Below are positions 24,669 to 37,100 of a DNA stretch of 64,000 bases, piece by piece. The notes beneath the pieces were generated by a model that worked only from the letters and a program-made list of their open reading frames with translations, had not been told where the DNA came from and ran no database searches. Every line of letters begins with the position of its first letter. Within the stretch, counting starts at the first letter, position 1. A program made the position numbers and the translations under genes. This DNA comes from Lingula anatina (lineage: Eukaryota > Animalia > Brachiopoda). Location of the stretch: positions 21,700,001-21,764,000 of the forward strand of contig CM120645.1 of the NCBI GenBank assembly GCA_051362555.1. The letters are read 5' to 3'.

Positions 24669-25842
24669 GATGGAATATATGAATATAAGTTAGATTAAAC
24701 TATAAGCTTTGTTTTCCTTTGTAGATAAGAGAAAATGGCTCCTTGACATTATTAGTACGCAAACCGCCCCTTCAGATTTTAACAAAACGTTGCATTCACT
24801 CACTCACAAAAAACATTCGCGTGTGCGCTTTAGAATGAATCGAATTCTATCTATCAATGTCAAATAACCCATTACAAAATTCAGAAAAAAACTACTAATA
24901 TGCACAATCGCTTGGATGATTACACGTCTATATATGTGTGTGTGGCTATTTGGCCAAGCAGACCAAAGTAGATATGTTAGACTGGAATACATTTGAACAT
25001 CGCCATATCGCAAATACAAATCTATTATCCCCCAGGATGACATGAATATGGATTTTAAGATTAGATTGCTTCAGAGAGCTTTGTGTCGGTGGATGCGTTT
25101 CGGCATTAAAAGAAGATATAACAGATATTTGCACACGTTGCAGCAGAAATTAGACGTGTGGGCTAGCATTTGTGTTTGTGGAAATACCTTTTTCAGAATA
25201 TTTACGGAATGGGAAATTCATAGGCTGTAAATCAATTGTGGTGCTAGCACTGGGATACGGGGAGTGCACCAACCGTGTCCGAAGTGCCGCACGCCCCTGG
25301 CATGGTATAATAATATAACATTGAAATAATATACCCAACCACGCCCATTGATTTTCTCCTTTCTCAAATGGCAAATTCATCGCATACATAGGGTTAGTTT
25401 TGATTAAACTAATAACCGTGGATTATATATTTAAACCTGAGTTTTAAAAATGGCAATATGTAGCTTTTTATAATGACTAAAACATATTTAAACAAGCATG
25501 CAAACGCCACATCACATTGGTTGCTGTTCATCAAAATCACTTTTGTTCAAGAAGTTTCCCTTAATTCTTCTCCAGGTTTTCCATGGGGCAAAGCTCTGGT
25601 GTTACCGCATCTTCTCCCTGGTGCTCGGTCTCCCATTGGCCTGCTGCTGGGGTGTCTACTTCGCCTGCCTGTCTTTCTGTAACATTTGGTGCTGGATTCC
25701 CGCGCTGAAGGCGTACGACATTGAGATGGGCTGCGTGCGCAGAGCCTGGTCAACATACCTTGGGGCCATCGTGGCACCGTGTTTTGAAGCCGTTGGCAAG
25801 ATATTGTCTGGTATTAGAGTCACACACATCAACCAGAATTGA
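13889..25842 (+). CDS. CAV: Caveolin, 3 coding exons: 13889-14038, 21537-21614, 25576-25842 (164 aa)
   Basis: Exon 1 ends ...IDLFDRDPNLLNDNCK|GT. Exon 2 VRFEDIIAEPDDSVYSFDKVWILSHK carries the caveolin signature FED(V/I)IAEP. Exon 3 VFHGAKLWCYRIFSLVLGLPLACCWGVYFACLSFCNIWCWIP is the intramembrane hairpin. Both introns are GT-AG, phase 0. AATAAA at 26080 and 26684. Orthology to vertebrate CAV1/2/3 cannot be assigned. Confidence 0.95.
14095..14177. repeat. Compound (CT)n-(CA)n microsatellite in caveolin intron 1
   Basis: Directly visible. Confidence 0.92.
16185..16387 (+). mobile_element. ~200-bp MITE-like element, family M2 copy 1
   Basis: Inverted termini TTCCCACAGATTT(TT)AGATCGATC / GATCGATCTAAAAATCTGTGGGAA. 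A second, inverted copy lies at 31693-31904. No clear TSD, so the superfamily is unassigned. Confidence 0.8.
16983..17675. mobile_element. Second H1 Harbinger copy, inserted in inverted orientation inside the first
   Basis: Ends AGTGCCATTCACAC...GTGTGAATGGGGTT. The host sequence GGATTCTATCGAT|GTAAAC is split with GAT duplicated (16980-16982 and 17676-17678). Confidence 0.85.
17924..18034 (+). pseudogene. Truncated Myb/SANT-like (trihelix) ORF relic of Harbinger, 36 aa
   Basis: MAKRTFWSENSVAALLNIWADESIKWNITYKPKAWS* matches the first helix of Myb/SANT-like domains (W-S-x-x-E-x-x-A-L-L-x-I-W-x-D/E-x-x-I). The inner copy has the same frame on the - strand from 17288 with an in-frame TAA. Confidence 0.72.
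18155..18707. mobile_element. Related Harbinger-type MITE (family H2) nested in the outer H1 copy
   Basis: TIRs TACCCCATTCACACTAC/GTAGTGTGAACGGGGTA. Inserted in the host A6 run with AAA duplicated (18152-18154 and 18708-18710). Confidence 0.83.
24637..24665. repeat. (TA)n microsatellite in caveolin intron 2
   Basis: Directly visible. Confidence 0.9.
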
Positions 25843-28800
25843 TAGGGGCGTGCAATCAAATACTAGTACTCCTCTGGGATGATTTCATTAATTTTGTAGA
25901 AACGGTGTCTAGAAGCCACGTTGTATAACACATATTCTGCAGTGACAGTTGGCATTGAAAGCTCCAAGACAAATTTCTCTAGATACATGCAGGGAATTAT
26001 GTTAGTTTGATTGTGACATAAAACGTGTATGTCTTTGAGAGCGGTATTTTAGAAAATGTATCTTACAGATATCTCATAAAATAAATGATAGTATATTTTG
26101 GCTCTAATAATGATATTTTCAGTCAATTCATTTTCAGTCAATACAACGATTGCTTATTTTATCATCACGTGTCACATGAAGATTAAGCGTCATTATTATC
26201 CAGATCGGGGCTCATGGCAATCATGTTGTTCTGCTTCCGTAAAGACGTCAGCTTTATGTAATCAAAAGTTGTAAACCAAAGAGGTAAGACAGGCTCATAC
26301 GTGTGTTGCAAATATCTCATGTATCTGGAAATACTACAACATATATGGATTTTGTACAGTTTTCACCTTTAAGCATATTTCATTATTTCTGATACTTTCG
26401 GTTTGTAATGGGTATACAGCGCAGTTGCGAGATATATAGAACCTTTCTAAATTTTATTCCACATATAATTATTCTACTATAATTCATACTGTAACTATGA
26501 ATGCAACACGAGGTATATTTTGAAAGTGCGTATATTTTTTATTATTTCTATACATATACATGTATGTAACCAAAAGCATACATATATTGAATTTTGTATT
26601 TTAGTATAGAACCTAGATTTTAGTCTGAGTTAGATAAACATTTATCTGTAATTCTGTATTATTTTATTATTGGGAATATTTCAAATAAACTCATACTCTT
26701 TACTGATGTTTGTAATAAGTTGTTGGGGGGGGGGGGGGCACATCTAGTGGAGCTGTGGTTTATTTGGAACGCTTTTCAAGTGTTCGGATTCCATTTCAAA
26801 CACGTTCACAATTGGTGCAATTATTAATTCTCCAAATTAATATAAGGACTACCCTTGAGTAATTTACACCCGAACCATCTGGAGCTTCTCTCAATGCAGC
26901 ACGAGACATCAGTAGAAAAACCACTGTTAGATCCAGTGCTGTACTATAAAACCTCTCGTGGGATAGAATCGCAATTAACTAATAGCGTATTCTCTTACTT
27001 TCTCATCATCAGCGGTGTGATTCCGAATGGAGATAATTCAAGACAGCTATATAATCCAATTGTTTCTATATGCATTTATGTTGCGTCTTGCTAAACGCAA
27101 CTTGGTTATGTTTGCACATTCATCAGTTATTTCTGAGGATTATTTACAGAGACTGATCAAAGTGATTTTCTTTCAATAGTTCGACCAAGCGTAAGTGCTC
27201 GGTATGAATGCCATTATACGGATAAATATACCAACAGCATCGTGTGAAACCCCGATGGTCCGTTTGGTAAACAAAATCTCGACAAACGAGTCGACGGGGG
27301 ACTTGAAGGCAGCACCATTTGTTGGTGCAAGTGGTGGCGTGACTCTCTACGTTCCAGTGAGGAAATCTTAGGTACATGTATTATATATATGCCATTGCAT
27401 GTATGTGAATCTACATTTTACCAAAAGGGGTCACTGGTGTAGGCAGAGGGTGTCGGGCGTATAATCTATGAAATAATTTTGTATTGATTCTATCCCTAGA
27501 CATGCATGCTGCTTGTCGCCTAATATCACCAGGTCAAGCTTGGTGGATGCAAATGATCCCTTTTTTCACTGAGGTGAATCTATTATAGAAGGGAAAGACT
27601 GACAATTCGCTGAAGGATATAGTCTCAAAAATGCTAGTGGAGTGAAGTATAATGTCAATGCTATTAATGTTGTTTTGCTTTTTGGGGGGATAAACCATTT
27701 ATGTATTTTCTGTTGCTTTTCAATATACATCCAAAATATTGTGTTGTATTCGCCGTTTTTTCATAAAGAGAACTTTGCCTATCAGAAAGGTAGAAATTAA
27801 TATATACATACATGTATGCCAGTTAAATAAATGGAACTATCCGGTACATACAGGTAATAGCCGCAAACGAATACTGCAATTTCATTTTTCTTTTATTTGA
27901 CAAGGTGGCATATTTAGACAATGACCTTATGGTAACGTTGTGGATTGAGTATAGTAAAAATGGCATCGTGTCTTCTCTAACACAATCCCGTGCTAGTGAA
28001 TTGGCACTTTCGTTCTACGTAACTTTCAATACATGTATAAGGTTGGTAAGCCTGCTCACAGGTAGTCAAATGCAATGGTTGGCCAAGTATTTGTTTTTAA
28101 TTTCATTATCTAGCCAATAATGAATTCAGCAAATCCGAATCACTGCCTTGAGATGGAATTGCATCATGTCTTATCGCAATAAATACTTAATTCTTAGCTC
28201 GAGGCTTCCGCGCGGAAAGTGGGTGAACTGTATCTCAGTTATGTAGATCAGGTGATCGTATTGTGAGAAGTGTTCAGGTAGGACCATGCAAGGTCAGTAG
28301 ACGACGGAGAATAAGGAATCCCCATTGCACACTGCTCCAATTTCCACGAGAACGCCGACAAAAGGGCACTGAAAACGACAACAATCTGCTGTAAGTATTG
28401 CATTGACGGTGTAAGATTACACTGTTACCTTTACAATGGCCACATTTGTCAAAAAAGACACATTTGCCACTTGAGGCATAACGACCACGGAGGTACATGT
28501 ACAAAGACCTGTATCTTTTTAACGTGAACTATCAAACCAGAAACGCTTTACCTTAAAAGTCCGAAATAAGCTTTATGTTAAAATAGTTTTTGTTATTTTC
28601 AGAAGAAATAAAGAATTAGTAAATGGCTTATTCCTGCTGCTCAAACGTCTGAATGCAGACAGGTCTTTGCTAGGTACATAACTATATAACTGCAGCACGC
28701 ACCTTATAAGCATAATTTTATTACTAACGGAATATTTTACTATTTTCAAAGCACCAAAATACACTTAGTACTGTCCATCAATGGTCTTATCCGAAAACTA

Positions 28801-30911
28801 CAAATGATTCCGTAGTACATAATATAGCAACCAAGAAAGAAAACAAACGAACATATTCCATGGCAATGTTTAATTCTCTCGACTTCGATGTCTTTGATTT
28901 CATTTCCATCCCCTTCCTTGATATTACAATTTGCATATGAAGCTTTGCATATATGAAACTTTTGATTTTAAATGGTGAACCTTAACTCAACAGCGATTGT
29001 ATGGGCATATAGGCTTATATTTCGTGTTTATGTAACTACAAAATTTAGTATTGATTGGATTTGTTTAGTTAAATGTGAAATGTATACCGACATTTTAGTT
29101 ACTGTCATGATTTTACAGTGCTTTACTTAACTTTAAATCTCCTCCTTTCATTTTAGTGACGCTTACACGTACCTACCTGCAAAGAGACTGGATGCAACAT
29201 CCGCCAAAGAAGATTCGTGTTTGACAGCGCCTGCACTCTTACCTAGATTTTCTCGTTTGCCGAAGTTTATCTCCTTAAGCTATAGAAGCTTCTTGTTATT
29301 TGAAGGGTTTTTATATGGAATATGATATTCGTTGGTGGTTTTAATATTCTGCCTGAAAATGTGACTCAAACCGAAAAGCCAATTTATACATTTTTGAGCG
29401 GAAAAATAGGTGTTAATGGAAATGGACTTAATTCATAATATTTGTCAATCCCGTAAGTTACTGCGTTTATACTCTACGAGTGTGACATTCCCTAAGTCGT
29501 ACGTATGCGGTACTCTATCTGCCCATAGTGTTTTAGTATTATTCCCAGAACCTGAAACTTCACTTTTGGAGATATTATTCAACGGAAATAATGCCTATAC
29601 AAACATAACCTTGCTTGAGTGATCATAAAAAGACAGAAAAATTGTTATTGCAAAAATAGCATGGGTTGTTCTAATAGAGTAGTGCATATTGTACGATCGG
29701 TTTTCTGTCTGACGGTAAAATAGTGTGGGGAAAATCTGCAATTAGAAACTTCGCTGTCTTTAAAATCAATTTAATATTCTATCACGTTATATTACTTTGA
29801 AAGCAAAATTTCGCATCTCATTGCGTAAAAACGTAGATGAATGCATAGATTGTGTGTTCAGTAGAATAGAACGAGATGGGATGTGTATTTGCGATAACCC
29901 AATAACACTGTCATCTCAGTTATAACACCTCAAATATTACATCTTTCTGATACTGAAAATCGCCCACGCCATTGCAGAATTATCCGCACTTATTCAAACG
30001 ATATTTCTAAAAATGTGAATGTGCGGTTGTGGCGCATATGCTTAGAATATTTTTTTTCTGTTTTCTGTGTTTTGGTGCCATGTGCCCGATTAAAGTGACA
30101 CACCCATGTTTAGTGTTGAGAGTGGGTCAAAATGTTCGTATGGTTTAAAAACGATGCAGCCAGGTGTGGGGTAGACACTTCTCTCCTTAACCATCTATTA
30201 TTGCAGAATGAGAATATACACTGTGTGTTGTGTACATGCTAAAATGTTCCAACTTGGAATACAGAATGGTTGTCGAAAAGTGATTTGGAGGGAATGTTTT
30301 GTTATGTCGACAGCTTTTTTCAATCTTGTCCAAATAGATTTCAAAACAAACTGATAAGAAATTTACAGAAAAAATTAATTGCATTATCATTCATGCTGAT
30401 ATTTGGTACACTTTTGCTTAATACTTACTGCAATCGCTCATTCAATATGGAATTTATGAAGTTATCATCAAGAAGTATTTTGTATCTCAAACCTATATTA
30501 TATCAATATTGTATTAATGATTACATTTTGATTGATTTGAATTTTTGCAGTCAAAAGTTTGTATGTCAGCATTTTATTTAGGGCAGTGCAAAGAATCTGT
30601 CACATTTAAGTTAGATATGATGGACCTTTGCTTTTGTTAAAGAAACACTTGACAATCCACAATTTAATGTTCTTAAATGCCTTGCTTTTTTGTAACGCTC
30701 TGACATTGTTACTTTTGCATTGTTACTTTATGTATGAAAATCATTGCTTTAATTGTTTAATTTCATTCAGACAATAATAAACGCATCATTACATTCGATC
30801 GTTCAAATTTTCAAAATGTATGGCATATTTTCTTCACCACTCCTACCATTCGTTTTATATTTCTGTAGTCCGTAATATGCCGTGTTGCTGCTATGTTTTT
30901 TTTTCTTTTTG

Positions 30912-31002
30912 CAAAAAAGAATTTACTGGGACCCAGAACCAAGCGGATTCGAACCCGAGACCTCTTGTCTCTGAGGCAATCGCGCTATCCACTCCCCTAA
31001 GT
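30912..31002 (-). mobile_element. tRNA-derived SINE head or tRNA pseudogene
   Basis: The minus strand reads AGTGGATAGCGCG (A box) ... GAGGTCTCGGGTTCGAATCC (B box), followed by a T6 run. Acceptor and anticodon stems pair poorly, so it is not called a functional tRNA. Confidence 0.6.
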
Positions 31003-31692
31003 CTTTCCACCCTCCCTCCTCGGGTAGACTTTCTTCTAATAGTAACCGAAAGAATTGCCCAAATGCCCTACGCTTATAGTAATTTCCCAAGTAATTGACC
31101 GAGGATTATAACTCCAACTGATTGGTTATGTCTTTGCCAATGAAAGTACTAAGACAGTGTGCATGTTTGGAAATAATTCATTAATAGCAAAATCAATATG
31201 TATTCATTCATTTCAAAAGCGTCTCTCATTAAAGCTTGGTTGATATTCACAAATAAAATGTCAACAAAAGTACTCGATTAAGGTTCATTTTATCAAAATT
31301 AAATTTTGAAAAAGCACGGAACTTTTTAAGCATTTACTTTTGAAAGGCAATGGCTGGTCTAGTTCCAACTTAATCACCAACATAAAATGAACATGCAAAA
31401 ACCAATAATTACTCGACATGGTACAGAATTTTTAAAAGTGCTCTCTTTCAAAATACAAAGGGCTCTTTACATTAGTTTGATATGAAAAATATTGACCGAT
31501 AATAGGAGTGCCCTTACATGTGCAATTTGTGAAACGTGGACAAAATTAATAATCAAATGATGTATAAACGTTACAGTAAAATGGGGATAAAATACTTCAC
31601 AAATTTTATTTAGAAAACACAGTATATAACACGTGCAATGATTAACTCCATTCTTAATCTATTCCTCTCACGGAAAGGAAACTAACACCCCA

Positions 31693-31904
31693 TTTCCATA
31701 GATTTTTAGATCGATCTATCCCTGTGGGGAGTTTCAATAGATTACTGTCAGCTTGGCCGGCTTAAGCGTCTGTCCCGCCTACTAAAAGCTGTAAGGGGGT
31801 AATTAACTATGGTGCCCGCTCGGCTGACTGCAATTTAGCCTGAACCCCCAGAGAGTTAGGGCGATCTAAAACTTTATCTTTAGATCGATCTAAATCTCTG
31901 GGAA
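31693..31904 (-). mobile_element. MITE-like element, family M2 copy 2 (inverted relative to 16185-16387)
   Basis: Reverse complement aligns along its length with copy 1, e.g. CTGTCCCGCCTACTAAAAGCTGTAAGGGGGTAATTAACT. Confidence 0.8.
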
Positions 31905-33114
31905 AGCACCCTAAGCACTCTCTTTGCACTGGAATAAAGATCCATGGTAGGTGTAGTATGCCAAAGAACAGCAGGATTTGGAAACTTTGAAAAAATTCAA
32001 TCACAGGCCCCTAATTTTTACTCAGAAGCTCGATTTTGTTTAGCATGTTAATGTCACAAATATGTTATCTATACTTTACGATAACGCGTTTCAAATATTA
32101 TTTTCTACCAGCCTATATTTATGAAAATGGGTAGTATTAAACGCACGATTAAGTGTTTTTCGAGTTATTCGGATTCTGACGATAATATAATACAACATAA
32201 AAATGTTTATATCCCATTTTATGATCTGTAACATTTGTATTCACCACATCGGATTTCCCTCAAAAAAACTATTTGATCGTTTTTAAAATAAAATTATCGA
32301 TTGTGGTTTTAACAATGACTTTTTTCTCAACAAGGCAGCAAGTTCCCACGCTACAGGTTATAATATCCATTTTCTATCCGAAAACAGAAAACAAAACAAG
32401 CGATTAATCAAACAATAAGCGTTTCTAATTTCCTAGTTTTTGGGTCACTCTTTTATTGGAGAACGAGTGGTGCATCGTGCATTGTATGCCTTTGGAATCA
32501 AAAGATAATAGCAATGTTTCCGGAGTCCACAGTGAGTACGAATATTTTTGGTTCTGCTGGGATCAAATTGACAAATAAACTCTGGCAATTAATATAAAAG
32601 GGTTGACGTAACTAAATAAGAAAATAAATAAATAAAATAAATCATTTAAGGTCACATTGTCAACTTATCAGTAAGCTGATTTAAAAATGAATTTTTCATA
32701 AGATTAATACCTTAATGCTGCGCTTACATCTTTAAAGATTACTCGCCAGGATAGAATTAAAACGTACAATTTTATGAAGTTAATCATGAAAATGTCCAAA
32801 ACATACATAAGTGTTTTCGAGGTTGCTAGAATATTTTAGTAAACTTGTTATTTCTTGATAATCACTTCTGCCAACATATAAAAAAATATCAAATTGAGCT
32901 TAAAGATATTTTTTCAAGACTGTCTGGCAATCTGTCCATAGCTATGCGTACTTTGTTCTCACCAGCCTACATGTACAGGTATATCAGTAAAGTCAAGTCA
33001 ACACTTCATGCCTTGCTGAAAAATATTACAAACAGTAACATTTTACTAAGTACAAATGCATATTAAGTCCCCATGCATAAAAGTATAATAATGATTAAAA
33101 GAAGACATGTCTAA

Positions 33115-33368
33115 AGGCATAGGGGGTGATATTCCTTATCGAATGGAAATAAATAGAGTTTTGTAACCGATAACCATTTAGTCTTTAATATGCCACTTTT
33201 CAAATATTATATATTTATTTGTGAAATACCTCATGATTGGTAAAGCAATGATCATCAAACACTATATAGAAAATACATCTGTATAGCGTTTTATTCAGAA
33301 ACAGTGAAAATTCGCCAAAATCCGTTCAAATAATATTTTGTGTCGTCAATTCGCCCCTATATATGCCT
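33115..33368. mobile_element. Degenerate MITE, possibly Kolobok-like
   Basis: Imperfect TIRs AGGCATAGGGGGTGA / TCGCCCCTATATATGCCT with TTAA-like flanks (CTAA, TAAA). Confidence 0.4.
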
Positions 33369-34170
33369 TAAAGCTCTATCTGTCACATAAACCAGTCTAA
33401 CTTTACTTTATCTCACAAAAACCATGGATTGCTACATTTTATTTCATTTGTAAAACTATACCAAAATTAGTAATGGGCATACATGTACATGAATATATAA
33501 CTACAGGTGTACGTGTACCGTGTTCTTTAATTCGGAAATGGAAGACTATACCACTATACATAATGTTTCTACGTGTGTATACCATGTCATTTCATCCGGT
33601 AACCAAATGCCAATATTTTGAACAAGCCACTCCACAACTTTCTTTACCTCCATTACTATTTCCACGTCAAACTTTAACTGTTACAGTTGCTAATACTTTT
33701 ATATGCACTAACGGAGGTCTAATAGATAACATGTGCGAAGGCATTTTTCATCCCCATGGAATATGGGCTGTGAACTTTTGTAGACGAAGCAAAATGTTAC
33801 GTCAGGTAAATATCGGGGAATGGCCAAAACCACTGACAGCAGGCGCACATTTAAATGAATCACAAATAACACATCTTCAAATTCCTAATAATAGTAAAGA
33901 AAAACCATTATTTTGGATAGTTTAAAACCTGTATACTTAGTTCCTACACTGCACTGCATCCATTCCCTTCTGACTCGACCGGAACTGAAGGAAGTGGCAT
34001 CTCTCTCTAGAGGGTAAGTTCAATTAGATGGGGGGAGAGGGAGGTGTGATAAATTTGTCACCTTTTTAATAAACACTCACCATAATCTGGCAGATGAAAC
34101 TGCATTTATAATGTCCTAAATTGAAAATAAATTGAACGCATCTGTGTTCAATATATTTAAAAAAATTTAC

Positions 34171-37100
34171 TCAAAGGAGGTAAATCTCACAACCTTGTCC
34201 ACCCAAAATTGAAGCGACATTATGTAGGTCACTATGAGTAGTGTTTGCCATGTTTGACAGATCAGACTGTACTGTAGCGCCATCTTGAGATGTAAATAAG
34301 CAATTATCGTCTCTACTGCAATTGGTTGAGCTGAACAAATTGTTTCAGATTTATGAAGTTAATTCAAGAAATGAACACGCAGGAAATTATTTGTAAATGT
34401 ACAAAGTGTAAACATTTTTCTCTGTATAAAATGCACTTGGATACCGATACTTCTTTCAAATATAAAAATGGTGATTAACTGTAAGTTAAATTGGAACGGG
34501 ACTTTAAATAAAAACTGACAAATATAAGAGTAACATTACGCCATTACACGTTAATGGCCCGACCTTTTCAATTGGAAAATATTTTTGATCTTTCAGATAC
34601 ATCCTTTAGGAATCACTAAAAATATTTCTGTTTAGCAGTTTTGGTGCTTTTACTATAAAAAGTATAACTATAAGTTAGCCTGCTTTTCAATGTAGTTGCT
34701 ATCTGTACATGTTCGAGGACTGGTCATCGTATGACTATGGTGGCAATCAGTCAGACGGTGGACCTATCATCTGCGGTTACAAATCATCTACAGCTGTCAA
34801 AGAAAGAAAAACATTATGATCGGTTAAATGCAGCTTTATATCCTTTCAAAGCAGTGATGCAATGATTGACAGGATTACGAATGTTTAGAAGCCGAGAAAA
34901 GGTTATAGGCGATAGTTTGCTATCTATGGCTTATATATGTGTGCTTCATAACTGCCAGGTTTGGATTTTTGTCGACATTCATTTGATCTCCAGTACCTTT
35001 AAACAATGTATATATGTCATTATAATCAATTAATATTATCATATTTTTATATACTAAAATCTAAACTTTAATATCTAAGGTAACGATTCAGGCAGCGAGT
35101 AGTTGACTCCTTTAGATGAAAACAACGAGGTACTTAACCGTGTACGTTACCTTTCCCTGTTGTTTTTCGCTCTCTCCATTGCGGCCATCACGGCATCATG
35201 AACCATGAAATATATAAAATCATCACCAAACTTGTCACTAAAGTTGCTTTTCTGTAGCATATCTCTGATTTGGGCTGAAAAATATATAAAGTAAATTGAA
35301 TCTTAGTGAACAGTGCTAAATGATAAACACCTTTACTTTGAGTCCAAGAGCACTACAAATATTAACCAATCGGAGTTTACTGTTCTAGAACTAGCTAAAT
35401 CTGAGCAATGTGAAGAAGATATAGCAAGAGTAGGCCTATGTGATCAAGCATAGTTGACTACACACGGGGTTAACTTCACTTTATTCAAGTACCAGTAGAG
35501 TTCTTTACTTACGCTAGATCTACAGGTATAGTGGAAAGCGAATCAGTTTTCTGGGGTTTATAATTATTGCGTGATTAATATTCTGCGTTTTTTTTTTTTC
35601 CTCTACCGTATGTCAAATTTATTCTAATTTCAGACCGGTTATCAACCAATCTAGGTATAAAAAACTTTTTTCAAAGAAGAAATAAACAGAAGGATTTCGG
35701 GATTCTTAAAATGCTTTCAACTCCACAATCGTCGGTGAAAAAGCCTTTGTCACTAACAACGGCCACAAAAATTACTGAAAATTGTTTTGCGTCCACATTA
35801 AAGTTTTCGTACAAGCGCATGGCCCACCTACCTCTACACATAGCAAGCAGCACACAGATGTTGACTTTCTTGTATTCAGACATAACCTGCAAAGGCACAT
35901 GAGATTTTTTTGTAAAAACACAGGTGAGTATCCTGATATAAAATCCATGCTCCTCAAACGGCACTTGTGTATCATCTGTGTTAGTTTCCCTACCATTGCG
36001 GTGTCAATGACTTGATGTACTGATGTGGGACTTGTGTAATTTTCAATAAACTCAATACAAATTTCATAGAAAATAAATATTCATTCCTATAAAACGTACA
36101 CTCGTGTGCATATAATATGCTTGTATTAGCACAGAATTCAAGGTACACATTTGAACAACATGTAGTTTTTTATGCCCATGCGTTGACCGTATTATGTACC
36201 GGTAGTTGGACGGATATTCAAGACACCAACTAAAACCAGTGGTCTGGTTTTATAAAAACCTGTAAAAAGAAGAGACTGTTTGTGTTCCTTTATTTTTAAG
36301 CAATAAACGAACCCCCTCCACATACCAGCCACACACTGTGTGTGAGAGAGAGAGAGAGAGAGAGCAACCATTTTACCTGTTTCAGCACCTTAATACCAAC
36401 GTCATCTATAAACGTCATAGCTGAGCAGTCAAGTATGATGTAATTGATCGGAGGTTGCGCCACCCTGTTGCCAACCCTCTTCCCAGAATTTTCTGTGAGG
36501 TGCGGTATTGTCGTTGCGACGTCCAGTACGAGTTCCTCTGTCGACTGACCAACACTAAGACCCTGGAAATGACCATTTACGTCCTTTGATATGTAACGTT
36601 CAAGGTACACTCCATGGGTTCGAAATTCCCCCAAATGCTTATTCTGGGTCATCCACAGCTTCATATAAAACCTTTCATACGCTTATTTTAGGTCATCCAC
36701 AGCTTCTTATAAAACCTTACATACGCATTAAACTGATTTAACCCCTTAAATAGGGAGTGCAGAGAGGTATAGATAAATAACTACGAGAAAACTGCTTATT
36801 TTCCCAGGAAATTCCATTTTAGTGGGTAAATCTCATGGAGCAAACCTTTCATTAAATGTAAAGTTATTAACTCTAATATTTGACACTGACGGGGGGATTC
36901 AGAAGTTTCGTCCTCATACCAAGGACATCTTCAGGGATCTGTCACTACAAGTGACACTGCTGGTGGTAGGAATAAGAAATCAGGTCGCCCCTTTGACTTG
37001 GATGTGTTGGAAATGATGGAATGTTTTGCAAATTAGAGATGTAATTTTTAATATTAATTTCTCTTTGATTATTGTCGCAAAATAAATAATAAATGATAAA

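Noticed and set aside
33473-33925. 150-aa plus-strand ORF downstream of SLC26
   Set aside because: No motif, no splice support and random-looking composition; likely lies antisense to the SLC26 3'UTR.
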